Source: Selaginella moellendorffii (lineage: Eukaryota; Plantae; Lycopodiophyta). Taken from it: 64,000 nt of DNA. A program made the position numbers and the translations under genes. The stretch covers positions 394,203 to 458,202 of the forward strand of contig NW_003314287.1 of NCBI RefSeq assembly GCF_000143415.4, written 5' to 3'. Positions 37,344 through 50,500 of the stretch are shown here, piece after piece. The stretch's first letter is position 1; the number at the start of each line of letters is the position of its first letter. The notes beneath the pieces were generated by a model. That model searched no databases and had not been told where the DNA came from. It saw nothing but the letters and a program-made list of their open reading frames with translations.

Positions 37344-39005
37344 CATTCTCCTATGAAATTCTCGATGCAGTAGTTAAACATGAAATGTACTCATTTCTTA
37401 ACAGCTTCATTGGCTAAAATCGAGTTCACATCACACCCAAAGATTAGCATAAGTCAGCCTTCATTAGTCCTTGGGGCACTTATGTTTATCGATGAATGCC
37501 TTTGGTATTTCTAATGCACCATTTACTTTCTAGAGAATCATCATTGACACATTTTGAGATTACCTCACTAACTTCATGCAAGTTTTTATGGATGACTTTA
37601 GTATCTTCAACAGCAAAGGACAACATCTCCAACATCTCAAAAAATGCTTCATCAAATGCCGAAGAACAACATCACCTTAAACCCCAAGAAATTTACCTTC
37701 TTCGTCAAATCTGGTGTCCTACTTGGACATATCGTCTGCAAAGAAGGCATCCTCATCGACAAAGCCAAGATACTTGCCATCATCAACATGTAACATCCAA
37801 CAAACGTCACCGAACTACAATCCTTCCTCAGAAAAATGGGATACCATCAATGCTTCATCAAAGATTACGCAAAGATTGCAAAGAGAAGACTAAAGAAAAG
37901 TGAAGAAATCAAGATCAATGATCAAGTACTCTAGTTTTGAGGAAATATCAAGAAAATCAGCTCCAAAGTGAAGTCAAAATGGGAAGGACTATTCCTCATC
38001 CAAGAATTTAAAGCTCCAGGAACAGCAGCAATCGTAACACTCAAGGGCAAGCATCTCCAAACTGTCAACCTCAACAAACTCAAGAGATACTAATTATACA
38101 ACTCAAATGTCATCAATAATGACCTTGAAAGAAATGAAGGTTTCAACTTTGAAATTCAAGAATGAAACATCAAGAAGAGTTATCAAGACTATGAAGACTC
38201 GACCTCAAGAATTCAACACATTCAAGGTTTACAAAGTTCAAGCTCAAGAACTCAACACAATCAAGAAACACAAAGCTCAAGTTCAAAAATCCAACACAAG
38301 AAAGACTTTGAAAAATTAAGCTTAAGAAAACAATATGAAGAAAAACAACGACTTTAAGAACTTCAACCAAAAACAAGACTTAGAGACCAATAAATCTCTC
38401 AAGATGCATCAACAAACGTGCCAAAGACCAACACAAAGAAAACTTCTCCAAACCAACATAGTATCTCCAACAAGTGTGAGTGGTTGAGTGTCGATTAAGG
38501 CTTATGTTAACTCTCTCAATCCAGCACTTAGGAGAAAGGTTCAAAGGAAGGGTCTAGCTACTATAGAGTTGGCTATGTAGCAAGCGGTGCAAGTTGAGCA
38601 TAAAAGGTTGCTCGAGCAAGAAACAACGACATACAAGGAGAGTTGCTAGGTTGCATAATTGCAACCACTGCTACCACCACTTGGAATTAGATGTCTACTC
38701 TTATTCATCTCTTCATAGATGTGTTAGGCACCTTCTAGAACTCCATAAAGAAGCTTGGTGAGAGGTAGGATCAACTTGAGAATCCTGGTCTACATCGTAG
38801 TAATAACAACTTCCCTCAAGTGAATGTTGGATATCAGCGATGGAGGAGAGGTGCACAACAAGAGGGATGTTATCAGGAGCCTATTGGTTATCGTCAAGGA
38901 TATAACAATGCTCCTCCACCAAGCTTATATAAGCAAGAAGTGGGATTAATGCCTCAATCAAGATGACAATGTGACCTTTCCAAGTGTTTTAGGCATGAAG
39001 AGGAT

Positions 39006-42000
39006 GGGTGCGAAGTATACTTGAGCTCACGAGTTGAAGAGTTGAGCTCACGAGTTGAGCTCAATTTTCAATTGTAATTTAGTACAAACATTATAAACTT
39101 TAACATTTTAAGGTTATGGCGAACCTAATAATTTCATAATTCTCTATATATTATATAGATAAAAATGTTCTAAAGGACACTTCTTGTTCTAATATTTTAA
39201 ATATTTACTATATGCAATGATAGGGACGTTTGTTAGAACATAAAATAAAATGTTTTCAAAAAGAGTATTCTTGTAACTTCTTTAAATTTGTACTCTGTGC
39301 TTTCTGGCTAGTAAATGTCAGACTTAAAAAATTATTAAATTTGAAATAAGATTCTATGTAAAGCCATATAACCGTTTGAAAGGGAAAAAAATAACCGTTG
39401 ATGTAAGCTTGTTGCAAAAACCAAAAGTTTAAAATAACCTACTCACCTAGTAATGATTATGATTCTAATATGAAATAATTTTAATACTAAAGAAGAAATC
39501 ATTGGTACAACCCACAATATCCTCTTCAACATATTTCAGAAACTAAACTTCATAAAGGTAATGAAAAGTATATTTGCATCAATCCAAAAGCCAAACACAA
39601 CAAAGTTATACTCAATAAGTGATCATAAAATGATCCTCCATAAATCCATCTTTTATAGCAAGATGTAACTCACTTCAAACAAGCACAAGAAAAATCATTA
39701 ATGATCGATATAATCTCAATGCAAGTTTAATAAGGAACTAACAACTTTAAAATCGATCATTAACTCTTCCTCTTGTAAAGCTAGTATGGTCCGCAACTAA
39801 ATCACTTTTCAAAAAAAAGTTAAAACTCAACCTCTACTAAGTAATTTCATCTAGAACAAGACTAACTCAACTTGCTACTCAGTTCATTTGAACACTAACA
39901 TAGGTGTTAATTAGCAAATGCACAAATGCTAATAACATAAAGTTTCAAATCATCAACACTTTCTATATTAAGACTAGCAAAACTCAATATCAATCCTCTA
40001 GAGAGATATCTCATTTCACTACAATCTCAATATCAACAATATCAATGACAAGGCATTACTTTAATGTCATCAAAACTAAAATAAAGATAAAAGAAAGCAA
40101 GAGTGAATCACCACTCAACACTCTTTAACAACTAAATTAACCAAGGTAAAAAATACCTTACTTAATATTTGAGACCAATTCTTTGATAATACTTAACTTT
40201 AAATAACACATCATTAAGGAGTGATTCACCACGTCTAAGACTCAATGAAATCCAATACTATAAACTAAATGCAACTAAATGATATTGACAAAGGTAGAAT
40301 CAACATGTTAATATAAAAAAACCATGTAAGCCAAACAATACAATCCTTCATAACACCATCCAGTAAAGCAAGCCTATCACCGCTAAATCATCATCAAGTG
40401 AAGTAAGTGATAAAAATCCTCAACGAAGTCTGCAAGCAATCATTAGTTGCAAAGTAACCAATAATCATTCTTCAACTTATCTTTACAAGACCAAACACTA
40501 AACTCATATCATTATGCTATATATTTGCTTAACCAAAATATAACACCCCAAGTATAAGATATATAGGAACATAGACAAACATAGACTAAATGACCACTCA
40601 AAATCAATCATACAATAATAAACTCACTAATAGGTCTAACCAATAAGTTTAAGAATGCCTTGAAGAGGCTAGTTATACATGATTAACAGTTAGCTGAAAC
40701 TTTAGTGAAAACCATGAGATAAACTTAAATGGTACATAACCTCTTAATGGACAATACTACAATACAAGTATTAATATTTCAACCACAAATAGCTAAGTTG
40801 GACATGACTATCCTCAACCAAGGTGCAGGGCTACCAAGACTAAGTCAAAATTAGTGAGAACTCATTACTCTCATAAAGTTTAATAAAATGTAAAGTGCAA
40901 CTTACCACCAAACATAATGTTATAGAAGAAAAGCACAAGGGTCACCTTTCTAAAAAAGTGCAATAGCCACTTTTTTACACAAACTTTAGACTTTATTCAA
41001 CTCAATTGCTTTAACCCCAAAAGTTAGTATTCCTTTCAAGTTACATTATACAAACTACATACTAAAGTTTAAGCTAATTGAAGTCAACTACAACCCTTTT
41101 ACTAGTTTATATTAGCTTATGAAAATAAAATGGTTTTCGGGCAAAATGATCAACAAATTAGCCATTTGGAAAGCCTAAGAAAATTTGTGGAAAATTTTCT
41201 ATCCTAGAGAAAGAATGACTCTCAGTCTATAAATGCAAATTTCCAAGACTTAACCAACTTCCTCCTACCTATAACTTCACATAGATTCACCTTCACATAA
41301 ATTCTCATGACCCAAAAACATATCTAAACATTGAACATCATACCTATATAACTGACATTCAATACCAACATCTATAAAATGCAAATGAATACCCAAGACT
41401 TAATCATGAAGACCATATCTTCAAATACTTTTATTGCACTAATACCCTTTTTCAATCATCCTTAAGATTTAGGATGAAGCCAAAACATTAACAAAAAAAA
41501 AATGACATTAAAAATTAAGCTCTAAGGACAAGTCCTTATCACTCGATATAACAATGCTACTTCCACTAACATAAGTGCTAGTAATATCATTTCCTCAATT
41601 ACACACTTTCTCCATCTAATAGTCTACTTCAAGTGCTAATAGATAAACCAACAAACTATAACAAGTGAATGCTATAACCCTTTCTAAAACTCAATAAACA
41701 ATTCTAAAGGAATAAAGTATCAACTTAAGCTTAGCATAATGGATTATTATAAAATCTAGTCAAAGCTACTACAATGCTACTTCTTGCAAGTATGTTAACT
41801 TCACTATCAACCACTTTGAGGTTAATCATCGTTGACCAAACAACTTCGTAAACATATTGCTCACAATCATATAGATATAATATAGAAATCACAATGACTT
41901 GATCATCAATTGAGCAATGCCCATGTCACTATTACAAAGGTTCATGTCAGTATTAAGTGCCAACTCAATTCGACAAAATGCAATAGAAATGCCACATCCC

Positions 42001-42470
42001 ACTAATAAAAATTTATGACACCTAACACCACTAACTTTTGTTCACAACATGGACAAACTCATGCCACTCTTTATTTGACCAAACTCAAAACTAATCAAAC
42101 ACAAAACTACTCAAGAAGTAATAACAAGGTTCCCTAGAAAAAAATTAAATATTGTAACCCAAGTCTTCAATAGCAAGCCTAAGCATAATGGTTTAGTGTT
42201 TCACTGTTATTCATCTCACGACTCACCACTTATAAAACTATCATAATCAACATGTATTAAAGTAAGGATTCTTAAATGCATGATGTAAACACAAGCAATG
42301 GTTTACACCTTGTTGCAAATCATCTCTCCAAAAAGAGAAAATGATTTATGTGTTTGACACTTCATCCTTAATGACTCTCTTTTTAGTCTCAACATGATTA
42401 AACCTCAAGCTTTGCATTTGCACTACTTTCAATCTAGTCTAAGAAAAGTGTATGAGAGAGCACAACAATG
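39006..42470 (+). repeat. Unclassified decayed AT-rich element, copy 1 (left arm of a large inverted repeat)
   Basis: 39006-39335 and ~40850-42470 match the reverse complement of 44670-46197. GGG-starting terminus with GAGCTC-containing subterminal repeats. Confidence 0.75.
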
Positions 42471-42946
42471 ACTATTCAAACTAATAAACTAATCCCTATA
42501 GTCTTGATTGATCCACTTATAATTGTGCCTAGGAAGGATCCATTAGTGCCGTGCTAAATAACTACAGAACAGTTTATTCACCACTCTTAGCAAACCCAAG
42601 GGAGGTTTACTTTTACCCATAGTAACACAGAACCACTTATGGTAACCATCGATATGCTAATATTAATCTTGCCAACTCAAAATATAACCTTAAGTTGCTA
42701 ATATGCCTCCTTTATGAGCCCAAGCCCAAACTCATGCAAATGGAACATCTCACATCCATTCTATAAGCCTAAGTGAAAGCTCATATAATCTAGTATGAAA
42801 AGTTAACCAAAAATTCATACTCAAGAGACATATGCGAAGCCATAGCAACCAAATATATACCACTTGAATCATTGTTTTCATCTCTACATATTCAACAAGA
42901 CTAGTTACCCAATCTCATTATATAATACTCGCTAAGACTCACCAAA

Positions 42947-43320
42947 TGTAATGCATATGATTTTCACCCTTTACCCTACAGTAGTTTACCATAGGGTAAC
43001 CATAAAGTGGAACCTTAACCCTTCATGTGCCACATGCTATGTGTCCAAGGGAAGTGGAGCAAACCCAAATTTCAAGGCTTTGGGCCATTGAATAAAGAAA
43101 TGGAGCTAAACTCCTAAGCTTGTAACCAAGGAGCGAAAGAATTGGAGCATGGAATGATTTCTAAGCATTTAGCCTAAGGAGTGAAAGGATAGAAATATAG
43201 AGCAACATAGGAATAGTCCTAGAGCATTCAACATCCCAATGCCAAAACTAGCTTGCAAAATGGAGCCAAAATAAGTTTGATACTCTTTTAGTATACTAAT
43301 GGTCTAATGCAAGGATATCA
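42947..43320 (+). mobile_element. Old truncated LTR related to family B
   Basis: Diverged colinear match to 3392-3790 (accctttac...ttaccatagg...agtcctagag...catcccaatgcca). Confidence 0.7.
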
Positions 43321-43329
43321 CTCCATACT

Positions 43330-43979
43330 TGAGAAAACAACTTCTCAAGTTATGTCAAACTTCACCATTAGTAAATTCAACTCAAATCAAGAGAAAGACC
43401 AACAACTCTTCATCCCACAAGACTGCCATTCAACCCAGCAACTTCGATGAAGATGTACCATACATCCTAATCATAATAGAAAAGAACAAGCTCCATAAGG
43501 AATCATCGACAGTAGCACAAGAGTTAACATCATCGAGTATTCAACTTGCAAAGCAATGAGACTTGGGCTAATCCACCCTGCAACCTTCAACATCAAGATG
43601 ACTAACAATTGAAGTGTACAACCATCAAGAATCATATGCAATATTCCTATCAAGATCAAGGATCAAGAATTTTAGGTAACTTTTATCGTGCTCAAAATGG
43701 CAAAAGACTAAAGTTCCTATAAAGTATTCCTCAAGCAAACTTGGCTTAAAACAGCTAATGTTGTCACATACTAGCGGAAGAACACAATTACTTTTGGAGA
43801 GCATCAAGAACCCCCTTGAATCCCCACAACTATAGCAAAGAAGATCGCAAAGAAATTTCAACCAACCATCATTGAACAATATGAATGAAGGTCTTAATGA
43901 TTATGACAAAGCATAAATCTTGAAGGCATATTAACAGCAACAACCTGAAATTGAAGACAATCAAGAAATTATGACACAG
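43330..43979 (+). mobile_element. Gypsy aspartic-protease region remnant
   Basis: IIDSSTRVNII...FNIKM...VTFIVLKM...QTWLKTA pattern with stops and frameshifts. Confidence 0.6.
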
Positions 43980-44652
43980 TGTAGCGCATGTGATCATGGG
44001 ATGAGATTTAAATATACTGTCACCGTGGATCCTTGGAACCTTAGGGGATAAATAGGGATAAAATAGCCACTAAAGGCTCTTTCATTAAGCAATTGCCCCT
44101 TTTCTAGTTAGTTTAAGGGAAGAGAGATAAGGTGCGCTACATGTGGTATCAGAGAAAATGGCACAAATTTGATTCCCATTGATTAGTGGCTACTTAAAAA
44201 TATAATATACCTTGAACAAAGTATATTCCTACCCCTAAAATTTAAAATCATACGTATTGGGCATCCATGCGTATGTCCTTCCTCTTGGTGGAGCATCCAC
44301 GGACAAAGGTATCCACCATGGGATTGCAATACGGGTGGATGATTAGTTGCCTCACATGGAATAGCTAGTTTACACAATGGAAGGATTGGTAGATTGAGTG
44401 CGAAAATGGAAGTGCTGGTTCCCCTTGGCTCAGTAGGGGTTATTAGTCAATAGTCAATGAGGACATTGACATCTCTAAAGGGGGGGGTGAGTGTAGCACA
44501 TGTGATCATGGGATGAGATTTAGATATACTGTCACCGTAGATCCTTAAAACTTTGGGGGATAAATAGGGATAAAATAGCCACTAAGGGCTCTCTTATCAA
44601 GCAATTGTCCCTTTTTCAGTTGGCTTAAAGGGAGAGAGATAAAGTGCACTAC
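43980..44652 (+). mobile_element. TRIM copy 3 (older, no matching TSD)
   Basis: Same LTR/PBS/PPT layout with more transitions; flanks cacag / taggt differ. Confidence 0.9.
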
Positions 44653-44669
44653 GTAGGTCTATTAATTTA

Positions 44670-46197
44670 AGTAATTATTGTTGTGCTCTTTCATAAATTT
44701 TTCTTAGATTGGACTGAAGGCAGTGTGCATGAGCTTGTTTATATTGTGAACAAAAGTTAGTGGTGTTGGGTGTTGTAAGTCTCTATCGGTAGAGTGTGGC
44801 ATTTGTGTTACATTTTGTCGAATTGAGTTGGCACTTGATGCTCACATAAACCTTTGAAGTAATGACATGGGTGTTGCTCGTAGTGTTGTTCAATTGATGA
44901 TCAAGTCATTGTGATTTTATATCATATCCATGTGATAATGAGCAATGTGTTGACGAAGTTGCTTGGTTAAATGATAATCAACCCCAAAGTGGTTGATGGT
45001 GAAGCTAGTCTACTTATATGAAGTAGCATTGTAGTAACTTTGATTGGATTCTCAATGGTGGTTCATTATGCTAAACTTATGTTGGTACTCTATTTCTTGG
45101 GGAATTTGCCCATAAGGTGTTGGAAAGGGTTATAGCATTCACTTGTTATGGCTTGTCAGTTAATCCATTAGCACTTGGAGTAGATTGTTGGATGGAGAAG
45201 GTGTGTAGTTGAGGCATTGTCATTACTAGCACTTATGTTAGTGGAAGTGGCATTGTTATTTTGAGTGATGAGGAATTTTTCCTTAGAACTTGATTTTCCA
45301 TGTCATTTTTTTTATTAGTACTTTGGCTTAACATTGGATCTTGAAAGTGAAGAAAAGTGTTAGTGCAATATGGATATCCAAAGATGTGGTCTTCGTGATC
45401 AAGCCTTAGATGTTCACTTTGCATTTTGTAGATGTTGGTGTTGGATGTCGGTTATATGGGCAAAGATGTTTAATGTTTAAGCATACTATTGGGTCATAAG
45501 AATCGGTGTTGAGGTGAATATATATAAAGTTGTTGGTAGGAGGAAGTTGGTTGAGTCTTGAAAGTTTGTATTCCTAGACTAAGAGTCATTCTTTCTCTAA
45601 GATGGAAAATTTTCTTCAAATTAGTGAAGGGGTTCAAGTTGACTTTGGTTGGCTTAAACCTTAATACGCAGTTTGTATGATGCAACCCGAAAGGGATGCT
45701 GACTTTTGGGGCTAACGCAATTGAGTTGGATAGAGTCTGGAGTTGGTGTAGAAAAATGGCCATTGCGCTTTTCTAAGAAAGGTGACCCTTGTGTCTTTCT
45801 TCTATAGCGTTGTGCTTGGTGGCAGGTTGCACCTTACATTTTGTTAGACTCTATGAGAGTAGTGAGCTCTCACTGATCTTAATTTTTTAATTCTGACAAA
45901 CCTGACATTTACTAGCCAAAAAGCATAGAGTACAAATTTAAAGAAGTGACAAGAATACTCTTTTTGCAAATATTTTATTTTATGTTCTAACAAATGTCCC
46001 TATCATTGCATGTAGTAAATATTTAAATTATTAGAACAAGAAGTGTTTTTTAGAACATTTTTATCTATATAATATATAGAGAGTTATTAAATTATTTGGT
46101 TCACCATAAACTTAAAATTTTAAAGTTTATAATGTTTATACTAAATTTACAATTGAAAATTGAGCTCAACTCGTGAGCTCAAGTATGGTCCATGCCC
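44670..46197 (-). repeat. Unclassified decayed element, copy 2 (right arm, internally deleted)
   Basis: Reverse complement of parts of 39006-42470. Confidence 0.75.
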
Positions 46198-46263
46198 AGT
46201 GGGGCACCATTCTATATGAGTTAGGAATATTACAATTGATTTTCCTTCCAAGAGTGGGAGTTG

Positions 46264-47218
46264 CCCTTGGGTAGCCTCTCTAGCAGCACTCAAATCCATG
46301 CTCACTCCCACCCAAGGCCATTAACCCCCAATCCCAACCTCATCTCGATTGAAAGCACTATTGGAGAGTTCCTTCAAGACTAAGTCTTGGACCTCATTAT
46401 CTCTACTATATTTTTGGAACTTTCTACAACCAATCCCCCACCCCCTCTGAGAAACGATCATTTTGGGCTTTTACCCCACAATTTGTATTAATATTCAGAC
46501 TTGGTCTTGGAGTTGATCTTGGAGTTGATCTTAGATCCGGACCCAATCTCAGATTCAGACTCGGTCTCAAATTTGGTCTTGACTTGGTCTTAGAGTTGGT
46601 GTTCAAACTTGATCTTAGACTTAATATTGATGAACTCTTTATCGTTCCAGTTGTGATTTTATAGATCCTTTAGCCTACGATACCTTAAGGAGTTAGTTGT
46701 AAGGAACCAACTCCCTGAGATGTTGAAGGCTAAAAGATCCTCGAAAGCAAGACCAAAATGATAAAGAGTTCATTGGATGAAACCAAATCTGAGATTGAGT
46801 CTGAGACCAACTTTGAGACCGAGTTCGAGACCGAGTCCGAGATCAAGTCTGAGACCAAGTTTGAGACCGAGTCTAAGACCAAAATTGAGACCGAGTTCGA
46901 GATCCGAGATGGAGTCTGAGACAGAGTCCAAGGTCGGGTCCGAGATCAAGTTCGAGATTGAGTCTGAGACCGAGATCAAATCCAAGACCGAGTCCGAATA
47001 CTAATACAAGTCATCGAGTGAAAGCCCAAAGCATGTGTCTCCTAGGGGGGGCTACAAGGGGTTCTAAAAGTATAGTAGAGATAGTGACATCTAAGAACTA
47101 GTCTTGAAGGAACTTTCCAATAATGCTTCCAAACTGACTTGATGTTGAGACTGGGGCTGAGGGCCTTGGGTGGGAGTAAGCATGGACTTGAGTGGTGCTA
47201 GAGAGGCCACCCAAGGAA
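46264..47218. repeat. ~0.95-kb imperfect palindrome of two head-to-head LTR-like copies containing 12-bp tandem arrays
   Basis: Arms centred near 46700; the right arm starts tgtaaggaacc; (gagaccgagtcy)n arrays at ~46495-46620 and ~46780-47000. Confidence 0.8.
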
Positions 47219-47259
47219 GTGCTCAAAGAAAAACCTAAGCTTACTCAATCTCCCCCTCA

Positions 47260-48080
47260 TATTGCATTCACCATGCCACGCCCGACTTCACCTCCTTGTG
47301 ACCAATGATGCAGGCACTCACTCAATGTGTCTTCCTTCATTGGGGACAGCACCAGAGGCTCGTAACCAGAATGCCCTTGATGAGCAATTCTCGAGAGAGC
47401 TGCACTGGCTGATCATGCTCGACATATTGTTTTCCTCCGGTCCGGGGGCCGTTCCAGAAGTGGTATCACTACCATCATCCCTGCATCAACCTCCAGTCCA
47501 ATCGGAGTCACCACCAATTTACTCTTCATCGCAACTTGAATCATTCAAGTGTTGTTGCCATCCCCAAAGTGTGATGAAACCGGTCCTCCAGCTCTGTTCC
47601 ACCTGTGCCTGGCGCAGCCATGGTCTTCCCAGGTAATCCATCAGGGTACCTCCTTCCATTCTCAACACTACGTAATCGACAAAGAAGGTGAAACTTGCAA
47701 TCTCAGTTTTCACTCCCGTGATTGGCTTGGAACGCAACTAATTTGCCATGCGGACCTTGAAATGAATTGGTGTAGGTGCATCCAGCTCCAACTTGGATAC
47801 CATGGCCTCCGGCATCACATTAATAGCTGAGCCCCTGTCAATCACACACTCTCAAAGCCTCTCGCCCACAATCTTAGCATCAATCACAGGTGTATCCAGA
47901 TCAATCATTGGCCAGGCTGCGTTCACAATTGCTTCCCGGTGCGCCATGGTGACCTGGAGCCAGCTGCAAGAGCTGAGCAAAAGTGATGCTTGGCTTTTGA
48001 TTCTCCAAATTGTGGAGGATGTCGTATGGCTTGGTCTCGAGGTTGAGCACCGTCTGGTAATGTCGTCTTTGTTCTCCCCA
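47260..48080 (-). mobile_element. Gypsy gag-protease remnant
   Basis: CVIDRGSAINVMPEAM...FKVRMAN...VDYVVLRM...LGRPWLRQA. Confidence 0.75.
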
Positions 48081-48081
48081 C

Positions 48082-50500
48082 CAGGGTCTAATATTGACCA
48101 GCTACTTAAAAAAAAATTTGACTAGTAAATTTTTTTTTACTAGTTTCATGACAAGGAGCTTGTAAATTAAAATTGTCATTTGAATACAAATAAAAAAACT
48201 AACTAGTAGCAATAGTATGAGGTTGCCTCTGCTTCATATTCTTCCATACCTTAAATACTTCATGCCAATTTATAATTCTTGGATCTTCACTATTGAGTTT
48301 CACCATCATTAGCGCATCTAACATATGTAGCTTTAATAAGGCTCTAGTCTTCGATTTAGTATTGTTCTACAATGAAAACCCTTGCTCACATAAAGCAGCA
48401 TTTGTAGGGACAACCATACAAAGTTGGAATAGCTTCATTAAACCCATAATAAAGCAAGTTAAAATTTTATAAGAAATATATACCTGGAAACATATTCCAC
48501 CATCTTTCATTTGTGCTACAGAAGCTCCAAGCATCATGCATTGTTTTGTTTCCAATGCTCCACATTAAAACCCCTGTAAAATCATCAAGTTTGTTGTTAC
48601 AAGCAACAATATTCACCATGGTTGAATCAGTGTTGATTGTCTCTAGTAGCCGATTGAGCCATGTTCTTGTAAGTGTTGATCGCTCGTGAAAGTCTTGAGG
48701 CTATGACACTGGTCTAAATAGCTTGAAGCTGTTGAAGAAGGTAACATCTGGAAAACAGGTGTTCAACGTGTTCACTGTTGCTTGAACATAAGCTTGGCCC
48801 TTGATCACACAATCTGCTACTGAACCTGGAGTTGGTGCTGGCAATAAAGCTGTCCCTAGAGCATTCAAATCTAGACCAAGTGGAACAACACTTGAAGATT
48901 GAGCAGGTTCACTTGACATCCTAGTGTTCTTCACCTCCACTGGCTTGTATTATAACTTGTGTACAGACTTATCCCCTCCAGCCTTGACATAAGAAAGCTC
49001 TCCATTCACACTATCCTTTGTGCCCCTTCAAAGTTTCAATTGTCATATCTAGAAATGATACAATCTCCAAGCAATTTGTCATTTGTGCTTGGAAAAGGAC
49101 GTTCAACTTGTTCAGCTCAGCCAAAACATCTGCTAGCAGATGAATAAAAAACTGAACCTAAAATGATAGTTTAAATTAGAACTTACACTAATTTTAACTA
49201 GAAAAAACCATACCTGAATGGTCGTGAGGCTGGAGTACTGAGTTTTATCTGCAATTTTCCACTGATCAAGCAAAGCAGGCATAGCTATCACCAGCCACTG
49301 CATCACTTCTCCCCTAGATAGCCAACGAACATCATGCATTGCTAGCATCTTGAGCTCCTTAAGACAATATGACTGTAAAAGCTCCTTTAGCTCTTTATGC
49401 CTTAAAGAGCTTTTCCCCAGCCACGACTTGATTTTTTGAGCTAGCTTGTCGATGGCGTCAAAGATTGGTTGATTGGTTGTAAAGCCATCCTTGGCAGCAA
49501 GAGCCTCTCGGTGAGCTACGCAGTGCACACCAATGATCTTGGGACAAATCATTCTCAGCCTCTGGAGCACACCTGTGTTACGGCCCACCATACTCTAAGC
49601 ACAGGCTATCATGTTCTCTACTCTCAAATTCATGTTCAAGAGCAAACCTTGTAGTGTTTCAAAGATCGATTCTGATGTCCCATTCTACACTTGTAGAAGC
49701 TTCAGAAAGTCACAGTGTAGCTCCTTCCCTCCATGCAAGTAGACCATATAAATGATCAAATGCTGTTCACAGCCATGGTCAGTACTTTCATCTACCAAAA
49801 CTGAGAAGAAAAGACTCTCCCTGATGTTGTCAAAGAGCCTTTGTTGCACCACATCTTGAATTGCATCGAGGAAATCATGTGCTGCTACGGGATTGACATA
49901 TGCTGAATAATCGCTGCCTATAGGAAAGTTTGGCGCCTCTGGTAGACGGAATTCTGGAACTCCGAAGCTATACTGTCCAATGGAAAAATTGCTACCACAA
50001 AGTGGTGAACCAGCTTCATCACCTGAAGAATTCTCTCCTCTTCTTCATTGAGTCATTTTTCACACGCAATGTCCATAGGCCCTTTTTATAGCTTCATCCT
50101 TCTAATAGATCTCTCACAAGCTTGCTCCAAGGATGCACAAGACCCCATTCAGCACGCCATTTCCTAGTAAGCACCTTCATTTAATCATCACTAGCATGTG
50201 GCTCACTTGGATGAGCATCTTGAGATCGAAGAGACTGTTGTTGACTACTAGTTGATACAGTAGAAGGCCATGAAGAAACTAGTGAGAAATAAGAGTCAAT
50301 TTGGCTCTTTTTACTCACTTTCTGCCTTTTCTTTTGCCCCACTCCTATGATAAAAAAAAGAGCACACTCTAAGCAATGTTGCTAGCATTTTTTCTAAATG
50401 CTACTTACCCAGTAGAAATATCAGTGATAAGGACTTGGTCCTCCTCTTCGTGCCTTGAGCCCATCACACACGGCCTCTTCTGTCCCATTTGCCCTTATTT
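48082..50500 (-). mobile_element. hAT-superfamily DNA transposon remnant (ZNF862-like transposase, disrupted)
   Basis: FFSVLVDESTD, GVHCVAHREALA, HDVRWLSRG and dimerisation motif VPTNAALCEQGFS. One CAGGG terminus at 48082; the other terminus was not found. Confidence 0.85.

Larger units (their letters stand above)
30650..37900 (+). mobile_element. Decayed Gypsy host element (gag remnant and RT) split by two nested insertions
   Basis: RT reads VKEELDKL..GFIYPIQNLEWLSPLVIVPKKSGKLRVFVNYKKLNNT [TRIM] TQKDTFPIPF [5-kb element] SYEILDAV..HEMYSFL...PWGTYVYR.MP. Confidence 0.8.

Noticed and set aside
39006-46197. Single Mutator-like element with long TIRs
   Set aside because: No TSD, and the homology extends kilobases into the same interior, which fits two copies better.
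46770-47004. CRISPR-like array or LRPS-repeat protein
   Set aside because: A contiguous 12-bp tandem array without unique spacers, inside an LTR-like repeat in eukaryotic DNA.
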